Source of the DNA: Eledone cirrhosa
Lineage: Eukaryota
Length of the DNA stretch: 64,000 bases
Reading direction: 5' to 3'
NCBI GenBank assembly: GCA_964016885.1
Contig: OZ024743.1
Location: forward strand, 60,388,001 to 60,452,000
Below, in pieces: positions 12,754 to 26,049 of the stretch. Both the position numbers and the translations under genes were made by a program. Under the pieces are notes generated by a model. It was not told the origin of the DNA. It made no database searches and saw only the letters and a program-made list of their open reading frames with translations. The stretch's first letter is position 1; each line of letters begins with the position of its first letter.

Positions 12754-14272
12754 TGTCACTAAACGATTTTTTATCGATAACTTATAAATATCAAATTTCG
12801 CCCCCAAAAGGGGCGAAATTTATTTGACCCAAAGTCTGTAGGCCCAGGCGACGGTTAAACACAACAAATAACAAGTAGCTTAAACAAACCTACCGCTTCT
12901 CGTAATAAATTCCGACAAAATGCAGGAGCGAAACAAAAACACGTCTATATTCTTCGAGATAGATAGATAGATAGATATATTTATATGGGTGTGTGTGTGA
13001 CCTCGCCAAATATGCAGGCTTGACATTGAATTATTGAGAGTTTACAGGATGTCAAGTATTATCTTACACGAACTATATGTATTTTGTGAAAGTACGTGAG
13101 TGTATTATAAACTATGTAAATAAACCGGTTTATGTTATGTTATATAATTTGTAAGTGCGAGGTTAGTTTAAATATTTAAATATATTAACCCATCCCCCCA
13201 CATTGCATAGTTAGAGCAGAATTACATTTATAATAATAATGTTTCTATATGTTTGCAAAATAATAGATTTAAAATACTGAGACTGAATATATGCTTTTAT
13301 TATTCTAATACTGAGCCGACATCGTCAGATTTAACGGCGATTCACATGCATATTAGTTGTATATATGAATGGCTGACGCCGAGTAAAGCGGAAATGTTAC
13401 TTGTGTTCATATGTGAATGATATACTTCTATTTGGTTCAAATTGTTTATGTAAATCTAATCGTTCCAGAACCAAAGGAGTGTATTAGACATCTAATAATA
13501 ATTCATTCATTTATATCCGAAGCTCTATTAACTATTCAACACCATAAGATATATTTCTGTAACTAGATAAGAACAAGTATTACCTTGCAATTATTATTCA
13601 GTAAACCCCGAAAATGTTATATTATTATTTTTAATATTCTACAGAATATGTTTTCAATACGAAACTATTTTATAAGTATCAGATTTATTTTTTTGAAATA
13701 AAATAAATTATTTTATTAGGATATTAATTGAAATTGATGGATAGATACAGTAGGTGTCACTGAACCTCGTGTGCCTTTACAGCAATATGATTTTCTGAGT
13801 CATTTTAATAAAATAATACACAGAAAATAGTCGCAGATACAAGTATATTTTCTGTGTAGCCAATGTATGAGAAAAATATTCATAGTTATATTATTCTCAA
13901 CAATTTTTCTCACGCGAAGTAGTTTTCCTCACGGTTTAAGGAAAATGCGCACTCTTGTTAGCTGGGTTCTAATTTTAATAATACGTACTTAGTTCTCCAT
14001 TGAGTAAGTAAGGGAGCGGCGGAAGCTATGTCCATCCTATTCGATTTGCTTCGTCTCCTAATTATATGGATATCTCCCAAATTGGGAGATATTGATACAC
14101 CATCAGAGACGAGCTTAGATATTGAAGCATATCTCAGGTTCTTTGGATTCCAGATTCAGATCCGATCAATAATAGATCATTCCTCGAGCTGATCGACAGT
14201 GAAACATATGTAATATGTTATTAAATATGTTATGATACAACACTGATTCTTTGTTCCTTTATTCTTATTATC

Positions 14273-14305
<33 letters not shown>

Positions 14306-14610
14306 ATAATGTTTTTGTACACTGTCTTAATGTTTTATCTATAAAGATAACTTATTAAGTCGTTGTTAAAAATAAATCATATATTATTTTACTCATGACT
14401 AAATTTAATTATCAACTTACTGAAGCGGAGATAGGTAATGTATTTTTCTTTGACTAAGTGTCTATGCTTCTTTGTGTAAAATGTAAAGGTCTCAGACGAG
14501 GATATGTAAATATACCACTAAACATAGCATATAATTATAGTTGATGTTACACGTATATATATATTAAAATAAACATCCGAAGGCATGGTATAAATTTCCA
14601 ATCATTTTAA

Positions 14611-14684
14611 TCACGACACATGTTTCAATAAGAGATCGATCGATAGTCCGGCCATGATCAATTATCATTGATCTCGTCAGGTGA
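14611..14684 (-). ncRNA. Type-I HHR motif (F4)
   Basis: Minus strand: tcac-CTGACGA-(~45-nt stem II region)-GAAA-catgt-GTC-gtga. Canonical GUC triplet, palindromic acatgt in stem III. Confidence 0.7.
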
Positions 14685-14827
14685 AAATGAATTGTCTTCA
14701 AATCCTTAATATGAGGGAGAAAATGTAACGATGTTCACTCACTAGAGTTTTGTAGGCGACAAAACTCTAGTAAGTGAACATGGTTAAATTTTCTACTTCA
14801 TATCAAGGATTTGAAGACAATTCATTT

Positions 14828-14901
14828 TCACCTGAAGATATCAGTGATAATTGGTCATGGCTGCACGATCGATCGATCTCTTATTGAAACATGTGTCGTG
14901 A
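14828..14901 (+). ncRNA. Type-I HHR motif (F4)
   Basis: tcac-CTGAAGA-tatcagtgataa...ctcttatt-GAAA-catgt-GTC-gtga. Confidence 0.7.
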
Positions 14902-15125
14902 TTAAAATGATTGGAAATTTATACCATGCCTTCGGATCTTTATTTTGATACAAATACTCCGTTTTACATCATCTAGTTGTTCCCATAAATGGAATTGGAG
15001 ATATACAAATGCGTGGAGAATATTGCTAACAAAAGTTTATTGGACCGTATAACACAACCAATAATATACCTTACTATATAACAACTATATAATATATATA
15101 TTTCGTGTGTAGGTGTGTGTACATA

Positions 15126-15227
<102 letters not shown>

Positions 15228-15369
15228 GGTGTGTGGGTGTGTGTGTGTGTGTGAGTGTATTGAACAGGGAAAATGAAAGAAAAGTCGAAAATAGATTCTT
15301 AATTATTTCGTTGTATCACCATCATTTCAGTGAGTTGATTGATCTTGGTAGATCGGTATATTTACTGTG

Positions 15370-17575
15370 CTCTTAACACGAAAGATTCGAAGTCATTTTA
15401 CTCATTGATACGCCAAGTCTTCGGCCCGCCAACATCCTCAGTAACGCCGCTGAGATCTAAGGACGTTGCCAATATCATCATTAAAATCCTTCACCGTTGG
15501 GAAGAACATTTTACTGACCTGTTTGACATCCCATCAGCAGTCAATTTTGGAGTGATAGAAGGCCTTTCTCAATGTGAAGAGTCCACCGTATGGATCGACT
15601 TCCCTCTGCTGATGAAATAAAGCTGGCTGTCAAGCAGGTTAACTCTGGCAAGGCACCAGTTCCAGATGGTTTTCCAGTCGATCAGCTGAAAGTCGGTAGT
15701 GATAATGTAACAGAAGCAATAAACAAATTCATCATTGATTCCTGGAATGGGACCCCGGTTCCGCAAGACTCGATCAACGGTATTCTGTTATCATTATACA
15801 AAGGCAAAGGTTGAAAAATCGATGTGGAAACTACCGTGGTATCACTCTCTTGAAGCTCAACAGACTGGAGAAGGATATCTGTCCGACATCTATCCGAGAA
15901 TCACAGAGTGGTTTTAGAAGAGGGTGGTGGGGGGGAACAGTTTCCATGATTTTCTCTGTAAGACAAATACAAGAAGAATGCATTGAGCAGTGTCCCCCAC
16001 CCCCCTATAACAAGTCTTTGTCGACCTAACGAAGGCCTTTGACACAGTTAACAGAGATGCACTCTGGATAATACTTGGAAAAGGGATGTCCACCCACGTT
16101 TGTGAGTATTCTAAAGCAGCTGCACAGAAATATGAAAGCTCGGGTTACCTTCAATGGCCAACTATCTGGGGAAATCCCAATTGACAACGGGATAAAGCAA
16201 GATGATATTCCTGCTCCTACGCTTTTCTCTATCTTTGCTGCTTTGCTCACACATGCTTTCCATGATTGTGACAGAGGCATATTTCACGGTTGAGAACCAC
16301 TGGGAAGGTTTTCAACTTAAGAAGGTTTAATGCCAAGATAAACAATGTTCAAGCTCTGATGAGAGACGTTCGTTACACACAGAGGCTAACATGCAACATG
16401 TCATAGACCCTTTCTAATCCTCGTGTATAGCATACAATCAGACTTAAAAAGAACAAAGTAATGTTTACCCCTGCACCTGGAGAACAATGTACTGAACCCA
16501 GTACCATCGTTGATGGAATCAGGCTGGAAGTAGTAGATAAATTTGTCTATCTTTCAAATGATGGCTCCTTGGATGCGTAAATACATCTGCGCATCCAGCA
16601 GGCCTCTGATGCATTCGGAAAATTGGAAAAGAGAGTTTGGGCAAACATTACCGAAAATACCAGGGCGTGTGTGTATAGATCATGTGTTCTGTCCGCTCAT
16701 TTATACACCGGCGAAACCTGGACGCTATTCTGCAAAAACACCAAATTGCATGAGCGTTTTCAGCAGAAATCTTTAAGGCGCATATTCAACATCAAGTAGC
16801 AAGACAGAGCTCTTGACATCCATGTTCTTATCAAAGCAGAATCTCCAAGTATTGAGTCCCAAGAAACATCTTCTCAGATGCGCTGGACAGAACATATCGT
16901 CCGCATGAAAGAAAGCAGGATGCTGAAGCAACTGTTTTACGGTGAGCTCCATCTTCGAAAAAGACCTCAACACAAACAAAAAATTAGGTTCAGGGACAGC
17001 ACCAAGAACAATCTCAAAGAGCTGGCATTTGATATAGACAATTGGGAGGAGATAGCTCTAAATAGGGATGAGTGGGGAAAGCGCATAGAGGGCAGTTGCA
17101 AAACCTTTGAGGAATGTCGTCTAGGACATAAACAACTGAAGCATCAACTCTGGAAGGGCTGTGCTTACAGTCTTGATGAAGTCATCAGTAGATGGACATG
17201 CAATTTCTGTCAGCGTGTACACCTCTCAAAGGCTGGTTATGTTAATTACCGGAAGTCACATGAAGGATAACCTGCAACACCACTCAATAAAGACCTGAGG
17301 AAACAACCTGTGTCATATGCAACAAAGTGTGTAGAAATAGTTCCGGACTAGAAAGACACATGGTGGTACATAAAGATTGTGTCCCACAGGGTGACACTAC
17401 CGGTACTGTGGAAAGCACAGCTCTCTTCTGTCACCTGTGTTGTAAACCATGCAGCTCTACAGCTGGACTACACAGTTATCTACGAAATCATGGACGCAGA
17501 TGAGATGATGACGAAGAATCAATAAGAGAAGACAATCGTCTGTGAAGACGCTGCAATCCTCATCTATGTTTATGT
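15370..17575 (+). mobile_element. RTE-clade LINE, 5'-truncated, degenerate, with three C-terminal C2H2 fingers
   Basis: ILHRWEEHFTDL, SGKAPVPDG, CGNYRGITLL, ESQSGFRRG, DLTKAFDTV, GCPPTFV...GIKQDDIPAPTLF, RWTEHIVRM..LKQLFYGEL. Stop at 17501-17503, then an atgt-type tail. Confidence 0.88.
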
Positions 17576-17751
17576 ATATATATATATATATATATATATT
17601 TGTATGTATATCTATGTATGCATACATGTCTGTTTGTCCGCATGTGTATGTACATATATATATAATATGTATGTAGACATATGTATCATATTATATATAT
17701 ATATATATAATATAAAACGAAAACTCAGTGATGCATCTGGACTCAGTTTAT

Positions 17752-17841
17752 TGTGTTACAATTGTTTCGCCGGCAGATAGCTCGAGACACGATCATTGTA
17801 TGGATCTGTCTGATTCTAGATCTGCAGGTTCGTCGGACACA
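17752..17841 (-). ncRNA. Type-I HHR motif with extended stem II (core U4C)
   Basis: Minus strand: tgtgt-CCGACGA-acctgcagat...atctgccggc-GAAA-caatt-GTA-acaca. Palindromic stem III acaattgt. Confidence 0.6.
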
Positions 17842-18475
17842 GGCAATACTTTCCGAACAAATTTTCTCACTGGGGTTTTAGCTTAAAAAAACATCTTCCT
17901 CGCTTGTCTTGCTATTGGCTGTTGTTTTTCTACGTCATCATAAAACTGGTCAATATTTGCTGCCATACTGTCCATCAGCTACTCTCTGTCCGACACACTT
18001 CAATGAATTCATGCTGGGTTTGGCATTTCACAAGTCCGCTCACACACACATATATACCCACACATACACACACACATATATACATACACATACACACACA
18101 CGCGCACACATACATATATACGCATACACATATGTACACACACATATGTACATATACACACCCATATAAATATACACACACACTCTCTCACACACACCGA
18201 CACACAACCACGACGATATAACTACCAACATACGCGTCCACAGGCGTCTGCCTATATGCCCTCGTACATCCGCTCTCACACGCACGCACACGCGCGCACA
18301 CACACGTACACGCATAAAAGGACACACACATGTGTACGCGAACATTTGCTCATATACAGAAACACGTTCAGATATATACATAGACACGCACACGCACATA
18401 CATCCGCCTGTCCTTATAGAGAGGCACAAAGACAGACACAAAGACAGACACGCTCCCAAACACACATACACACAT

Positions 18476-18538
<63 letters not shown>

Positions 18539-18593
18539 TGTATATGTACACGCACATAAACTTACTCACAAACAATCCCTACCCTATCTAGGT

Positions 18594-18641
<48 letters not shown>

Positions 18642-18829
18642 TGGCTCATACACATTCAAACAAATACGCGCCCAATTACCTCTGTGCCCACGTACAGAGA
18701 TATATACATGTGTGCGTGTATCTATCTTTGTGTATATACAGAGTACGAGAATAGACCTACGAACAATAGATCCCGACTCATTATATGGTATAACTCACCA
18801 TATAATATGGTGGTGGCCACACCATTAGC

Positions 18830-19290
18830 TAAGATCTTTCTCTCCCCTATTATGAAGGATTTCCCCCAAACACATAAATACAGTAATATTTTAAATAGAA
18901 ATACCATTATAATATCTTACTCTACGACTCCTAACCTTGCACATAACATCACAGCTTCAAATTTAGCTAAACTACCTAGCCGTAGGAACATGTGCAACCC
19001 TGTAGCTAGTACTAACTGTAATTATAGGAATCGGATTGACTGCCCCCTATCCGGGAAATGCCCCTCTAGTAACATTGTCTACAAATGTAAGGTTGAAACA
19101 CCCACGCCCCGTAGGGCCTACATAGGGCTAACCACCAATAGATTCAAGCAGCGTCTTTACATGCATACCCATTCGTTTCTTAACCCTTTAAGAAGGAATA
19201 TGACGTCACTTTATATCTGGAGTCTAAAAGACAACGACACCCAATATAAGTTACACTGGGAGATCCTAGCTAGGCCTCACATTATACCCT
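18830..19290 (+). pseudogene. Penelope-like (Naiad-like) linker + GIY-YIG endonuclease fragment
   Basis: FPQTHKYSNILNRNTIIISYSTTPN...CNYRNRIDCPLSGKC..NIVYKCKV...YIGLTTNRFKQR. Homologous to the C-terminus of the 668-aa ORF. Confidence 0.85.
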
Positions 19291-19534
19291 AACGGATAGT
19301 ACGAAGTATACGCGGATGTTTTACGTTTTGATGTGGTAGCTAAGTATATGTTATGTTTATACCATTACTTATTTGTATAGGTAAGTATATATTACCTAAA
19401 TTTTTTTTTTGGTGAATGGAACATTTCCACGAACCAAAGTATCGTCTTCCTGTCTTCCGCCGGTTGCAACGTTTTTTGAAATATTTACTTCTGCGTTCAC
19501 AGATTGACTTTTTTAGTTTCAAAAGATCCCGTTA

Positions 19535-19650
19535 TGGATGAAATCCCGCCGAGGTTGACTTTGCCTTTCATCCTTACAGAGTCGATAAAATAAAGTGCCA
19601 GTAATGCACTGGGTAATTGTTGGCCTTGTGCCTAAAGTAGAAACAATTAT
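19535..19650 (+). mobile_element. SINE 3' fragment
   Basis: aaatcccgccgaggttgactttgcctttcatccttacagagtcgataaaataaagtgccagt...ggccttgtgcctaaagtagaaac. Confidence 0.7.
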
Positions 19651-19798
19651 ATATATACATATATAATATATATGCATACATACATATTATATATATACAT
19701 ACATATATATACATATAAGAATATTTTACAAGTAAGAATATTTTCGAAACAGCGAGTGGGTTCGAAATTATTAGAAATGTAAGCTATCGCCGTATTTT

Positions 19799-19954
19799 GA
19801 CTAAAGAAATTAAAGAAATTATTTAGCCTGATAGTGGGGTTAAGAACTCTCGAAGAAATGGAAAAAGATGACTCCCATGTACGTCAATACTCATCTTTTT
19901 CCATTTCTCCGGGAGTTCTTAACCCCACTATCAGGCTAAATAATTTCTTTAGTC
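19799..19954. repeat. Fold-back (inverted repeat), ~60-bp arms
   Basis: aaagaaattatttagcctgatagtggggttaagaactc...gagttcttaaccccactatcaggctaaataatttcttt, with a ~19-nt loop. Confidence 0.85.
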
Positions 19955-20046
19955 ATATATATAATACATTGGCATACATACATATTATATATACCTATAT
20001 GTATATATACCTATATATATAGGTATATATAATAGGTATGTTTCCC

Positions 20047-20103
<57 letters not shown>

Positions 20104-20284
20104 TAACTGATTAAAGTTTAAGCAAAGAATCGGTGCTTTCACCCTTAACGGGATCTTCTGAAACTCTTGCTGAAACTTTAATATGTTATTTTAATAAATA
20201 TTTGCTCTACAGTCCTTATATATTTGATATATATTTATCCTTATCGAGCCCTCTTTGGATTTTAGTCTTCAAATTTATTATTAT

Positions 20285-20342
<58 letters not shown>

Positions 20343-20383
20343 TATATATGTATGTATATATATAATATGTATGTATGCATATA

Positions 20384-20425
<42 letters not shown>

Positions 20426-21143
20426 GTATGTATACATATATATTATACATATATTATATAAATTAATATATACTCTATATAAATATAATAGATATATAGA
20501 TAGATAGACAAACAGCTAGCAAAAGAAATATGTATGCATGGATAATTATCCATTATTTCAATTATAATTGAAATATGAGAAATGTTTTGATTTGTTTTGC
20601 AAACTTTGTTGAGATATTAATTCATCTTAAACGATTTCTAAATCTATTTTCCTTTGATTGGATAAATTCTATATAATACTGCTTGCTACTTTAAAATATA
20701 CACATGAAAGTACTGTTTTAATTTTACAGGTAATATTTCTGTGCCGTTTAACATACAGTCATTTCCCGTTTCATACAGCGTCGCCCATTTCCCGACGAAT
20801 GACAGAATAGAAAAATATAAGAAGCAAAGGAATAACAAATGAGTATTTAACATAAAACGTTTGTGAGAGAATGAAGAAGAAACAAATGAAGGGGAATTGA
20901 CAGTGGGCGAGGAAAGCAAGACTTCAGTCAGTACAACAATCAGTAAAGTTAACCTATTTTCATGCTGAAACAGCGCTTAGTGGATAATAATATTGCTTCT
21001 TTTCTCTTACTTACTGTCTTTAGTATATATTCATACCTGCCTAGTTTTGAACACTCCTCATTACGGTGACAGTTGAAATGACATGCGTGGTTATCTTACC
21101 GCATATCAACAGTGTCGTTCATATCTAGTGTAGCTTGCCGATA

Positions 21144-22519
21144 ATGACGACCACATCTCTGAGTAAATTCGGTCTTTTCTGTGTACGTTTTATAGTCTTT
21201 GGCGTCGCTGTGACGGGAGAAATTCTGGAACAAATAGTTACGGTGAAAAATGGAATTTTAAGAGGTGGTTATGATAATGAAACCGATGTAACTTCATTTC
21301 TAGGTGTTCCTTATGCCAAAGCGCCCATTCAGGACTTACGATTCGAACCTCCACAACCTTATTATTGGAATGATACACTAAATGCAAATACTTTTTCTTC
21401 AATATGTACACAGGATATAACTTACATAAAACATTGGGAGAAATATTTGAAAAATCAAGATATGTCTGAAGATTGTTTATATTTGAATATTTACGTTCCG
21501 GGTAATATGTCACAAAATACGGCACTGCAAAATATTATGATATGGATTCACGGTGGCAACTTTCTTACTGGTTCAGCTTCATTGTTTAACGGTACAATAT
21601 TGGCAAGCAAAAGTAATGTAATAATAGTTACTATTAACTATCGACTTGGACCTTTCGGATTTCTTAGTACAGGAGATGCCGCTCTCCCAGGAAATATGGG
21701 TTTACACGACCAGATAATGGCTCTGGGGTGGATTAAAGAAAATGTAAATTATTTCGGTGGTAATGCGCAGAATATTACTCTGTTTGGTTCAGAAAGCTTA
21801 TATTTCCTTAGCCTCACTAACAACAATGTGCCTAATGGTCTGTTTAACAAAGTAATTATACAAACCAGTTTATGGCGAGATAATCCAAAACCATGGCCGA
21901 TGTTTAAAAAGCTAGCCGGAAATACATGTCCTCATCTTCATACAGATCCTCAGGCAACACATACAGATGTAAGACGTAAACAAGTAAAATGTTTGAAGAA
22001 TCTTACGAGCGACTATTTTCTTAATTATACATTGAACAACCCATTGGAACTTTTCAGTCCGGTCATTGATAATATATTTCTAAATGATTCAATATTTCTC
22101 ACGAAACCGAAGAAAGATATAGATTATATATTTGGTGTACCTCGATACAGAGCATCAGATTTCAAATCTTTTCCAACAAAGAAAAGAATGGGTCTTGAAA
22201 GCCTAGTTGGGGAAACATTTTCCAATGTTTCATTGAAAGCAATAACATCACAATACTTGAAACTCGACAATGATTTGAAAAGTGTTTACAGCAACGCTTA
22301 TAACGGGCACTTGATATATAGAACTCAAACACTCGCAGATGTAACTTCGAAGAACAGTCCTACTTATGTCTATTTCTACCCTGGGCAAACTCCAGATATA
22401 TTAACAGACGGTTCATACGGGGATGAATTTCGGTTACTCTTTGGATCAGTGACAGGGCTCGATGAAGAGAATATCAGTGATTTAATGATCGCTGCATGGA
22501 CCCACTTTGCCGTAAAAGG
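21144..22519 (+). CDS. Carboxylesterase/cholinesterase-fold (type-B) protein, non-catalytic (neuroligin-like pseudo-esterase); large coding exon
   Basis: Signal peptide, FLGVPYAKAP, SEDCLYLNIYVP, WIHGG, TINYRLGPFGFL, GNMGLHDQ..ALGWIKEN..FGG, WTHFAVKG. The exon ends at a GG|GTAAGT donor (intron starts 22520), so the TAA at 22521 is intronic. Confidence 0.88.
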
Positions 22520-23049
22520 GTAAGTCTCATCTTTTTTCTCTTACAAATTTTGGCAATAACAACATCGCAACCAATAGATTTATTTGTTTGATTTTATATT
22601 ACCAAGCGGTCAAGTTTCATGAGAAAGTAGAAACGCTGTGCGGTATTTATGCCGACTCTCCTCACACTCAGGTTAAATCTCACAGAGATCATCTTTTTTA
22701 ATTTTTTATTTCTCTTGGGGTCAGTAAAATATATTAATGATACAGGTCGGACGAAGCGACTTTATTTGCTTTCTGAAATTAAATCCCGTTGTGGCTTTCT
22801 AGGGTGACAGAATTAATTTGTCGTCCGATTTAACACGATCTCTTGGTCTTTTGGGTACCATTTAAGGTGTCCACTCCTTTGCAAGTATTCGAACCTTGAT
22901 ACCGTTTTAAGGACATCGTTCTTTCTCCTTCCGATCAGTGTTGGAAACCTTGAGTTTATTGACTCTGTCCTCACCCCACTTCTTTTTAGTCTTTATATTA
23001 AATTTAATAATCATAGAATGTTAATAAGGTGAATATTTTCATTATTACG

Positions 23050-23262
23050 GCTAGGGCGGTAGTTTGGCAGTATCGCTAGAGAGTCGGACACCATGCTTTG
23101 CAGCATAGAATTACGTCCGTTTACAGTTTGAGTTCAAATCCTGCCAAGGTTAACTTTGCCTTTCATCCTTACGGAGTCGATAAAATAAAGCACCAGTAAC
23201 GTACAGGGGTCGATGTAATCGACTTTCCCCCTCCGGCCTTGTGCCTATAGTAGAAACCATTA
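23050..23262 (+). mobile_element. SINE, near full length
   Basis: ggcggtagtttggcag...gagttcaaatcctgccaaggttaactttgcctttcatccttacggagtcgataaaataaag...gccttgtgcctatagtagaaacc. Confidence 0.75.
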
Positions 23263-23409
23263 TTGACACATATGCTATTCCGGCTATCGTACATTGTAAC
23301 AAACCATGAATATAGAAGCGAATAGTGCTTTAGAGAAAGATATTGATGTAAACGAATCCATCTCAATGATAGCTGATAGTATCTCAAACTGTTGAGTTGT
23401 CGGCCTATT

Positions 23410-23510
23410 ATAATTGTTTCTACCTTAGGCACAAGGCCAGCAATAACCCAGTGCATTACTGGTACTTTATTTTATCGACCCCGTAAGGATGAAAGGCAAA
23501 TTCAACCTCT
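23410..23510 (-). mobile_element. SINE 3' fragment, inverted relative to 23050-23262
   Basis: gtttctaccttaggcacaaggcc...actggtactttattttatcgaccccgtaaggatgaaaggcaaa. Confidence 0.7.
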
Positions 23511-26049
23511 TATAATGAAATGTATTTTGGGGATTTTATATATTCAACAAATGAATGATGAATAAAAGGGACAGACTGGAGTATGAGATTTATATGAGAA
23601 ATACGAAAAGAAGCAGCATGCTGTAGAGGGAGTGAGTGTAGGGAATAAAGCATTTTTCTGCAGTGATTGTACTTCCAGGAATCTTGCAAATAGTATTGAA
23701 ATAGCAAATAGTATTCTAATATTATGGAGGATGATATTTCGACAAATGATGAAGTAATTCTCATTTGTAGTGGAAAATCTCATACCTTATGAGATCGCTA
23801 ACACTTCAATGAATGAGACTTTCGAATATAAGATGTAACAATTTGTTAAAGATCCAATGTCCAAACCTATTGCATAACATTTTGTATTTAATATATGAAA
23901 TTATGGATACTTTATATATTGAGAGACATAAAGTCATAATATTGACTTATAGTTGATTCATTGTCCATTCTCAGTAACTAAATATCTCGAGGGCAAAGGA
24001 AGTAAATTCGTATTGTCTTGATTCAGTTGCATCTATCGCATATATAGCCCTTGGCTAGTACTTCAGAATCCTAGCTAATATACCACTAGTATAACAATTT
24101 AAAGAAATTTCTCTTCAGTTTCCTGAGGTACTTGTTATTTCTCAGTGATAGATTAAGTGCTACGTTTTTCTTTGATCTTGTACAGAACATCTATAGTCTG
24201 AGATGATCCAATATCTTCGAACCTCTTTCAGACAATAAACTGATTTTGGACAAATGCATTTCTGCCAACCTTGGGAAGACTATGGACATGTTTCGACCGT
24301 ATAAGATCTCGAAAATGAAGAATATTCACTTAGTAATTAATACCTGATTTTTCCTTTATCAAAAGGTTGGAAGTGATAATGCTCTGAGGGTGTGTATGTG
24401 TATGGACCTAGTTTGTATGTGTATGTTTCACGGCCACACACTCACGTACCTCTAGGGCTGTTTACATGTCACAGACGTCAGATTCATTTCGCTGTTAATA
24501 TTGAAGAACAGGGCTGACGCCTGTGTACTTAATGCCCTTGAATAGTGCTACAATATACGCCCCTTCTAAATATGCATCCCATTCTGCCAAATAAAATATC
24601 TTCCACTTGGCTTCAAGGTTTTACGGAAGAGCATAATTGGAAACTGATTACCCTTTTGATACCAACCAACCTGAAACATCCCATTGTTATACAATTAAAC
24701 AGTTTGTTTCAAAATATTTGAATGTATCTAAAAACCTGCCACCATAATCATATATGAGAACGTTTATTCTAAAATCAAGATTAATTTTGAGGAAATTGTA
24801 TTACTATATCCCTAAAAATTCGTACTTATTTTTAAAACTATTTGAAAATCTAAACACATTCTATCATAGACTTATGTAAAAACTGTGTTGAGTTATAATC
24901 CAAGAAAGTGATATAATTAATTCCATCGATGAAAGTAAATAGTTTTTAAATTATTTGAAACTCATGAGCAATGTCTTCTATATACATATGGTAAAGAAAT
25001 GTTAACCTAGTAAAATGTTCAGATATTTTGGTAGAACTTCAGAATGGGGGATACATACTAGGCTAAATACCCATTTTGTCCGATCATGGTTGGGCGAATG
25101 TTTTATTTTACATCTAAGTGGAGCACGGGAGATTTAAGAATGAGTCAAATTGTGAACTAATTGGTAATGTATTGTTAAATCTAGGATGAATCTTAAACGG
25201 TTTCTTCGCTACACTCACTAAATCAAGGTATCCTCTTCGGCCAATAAATATAGTAGAATATCACATCCAATCATTTTGGAAACAACATTTTAGCTAAGGT
25301 GAGTGGTAGGTTTCATTACTAATATTAGAAAATATATAGATATATTTCATATCCAGAACTTTAAAGGGTTTGTGTTCTTTAAATATAAAGTTTTCAGTTG
25401 TTAAGGATATCTTTATATTTATTGAAGAAAAAGTTATATGATATTTACCGTTTATTATTGAACACCGGTATTGAATTTCTATATTTTTGGTTAAGCAAAC
25501 GTAGTTTTTCGAGCCAAATGGTTTTTCTTATAGCAACATCAATCTACTTTCGTCCGATGGAATGTTATATTAATTAGCGCTGGCAAGATATAAGGTATCA
25601 ACAAAGTTAAAAATGATATTGAAAGAGATATACACTTTAATGAAAAATATCTGAGAATAAATTTATATATAAAGAGAGAGTGTGTGTGTGGGGGGGGGGG
25701 GGGGGCAAAGGATGTGAGTGAGAGAATTTACATCGTAGAAGATTCTGTTTGCCAAATAAATGAAATGTCGAAAGTATAATTCATTTCTAAATTATAAATG
25801 TGTTTAGCATACTTTTAAATGCATCAATTTTGCAAGAACGTATATTTAATTGACTTGTTCTATGTTCAGTCACTTCAAATGCACTTATTTGGGTGTGTGT
25901 GTGTAAGTCTGTGTGTGTTTGTTTGTATGCATGCATGTATGTATTTATGTAGGTATAATGACTGATGATTTTACTGTGCGTAGAACTTCTCTCACTTTAC
26001 CAAAGATAATAGTGGAATATCCACTATAATCACCTATATTATTATTATA

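Larger units (their letters stand above)
7940..12958 (-). mobile_element. Tx1/L1-group LINE; 5' end retained, 3'-truncated, degenerate
   Basis: ORF1 carries a gag-like knuckle and ORF2 carries APE+RT, both broken by frameshifts and stops. The 5' end abuts (GATA)n at 12957-12977. Confidence 0.88.
14562..14949. mobile_element. Fold-back element with two inverted HHRs (F4)
   Basis: Arms of ~190 bp around the centre actagagttttgt-aggcg-acaaaactctagt (14741-14771). Confidence 0.85.

Noticed and set aside
19799-19954. HHR within this hairpin, and within 27508-27800
   Set aside because: Only CTGA-like partial cores with no consistent stems. Kept as plain inverted repeats.
21144-22519. Naming the gene acetylcholinesterase or neuroligin
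   Set aside because: The triad is absent and no TM/PDZ tail is visible. Orthology cannot be set by eye.
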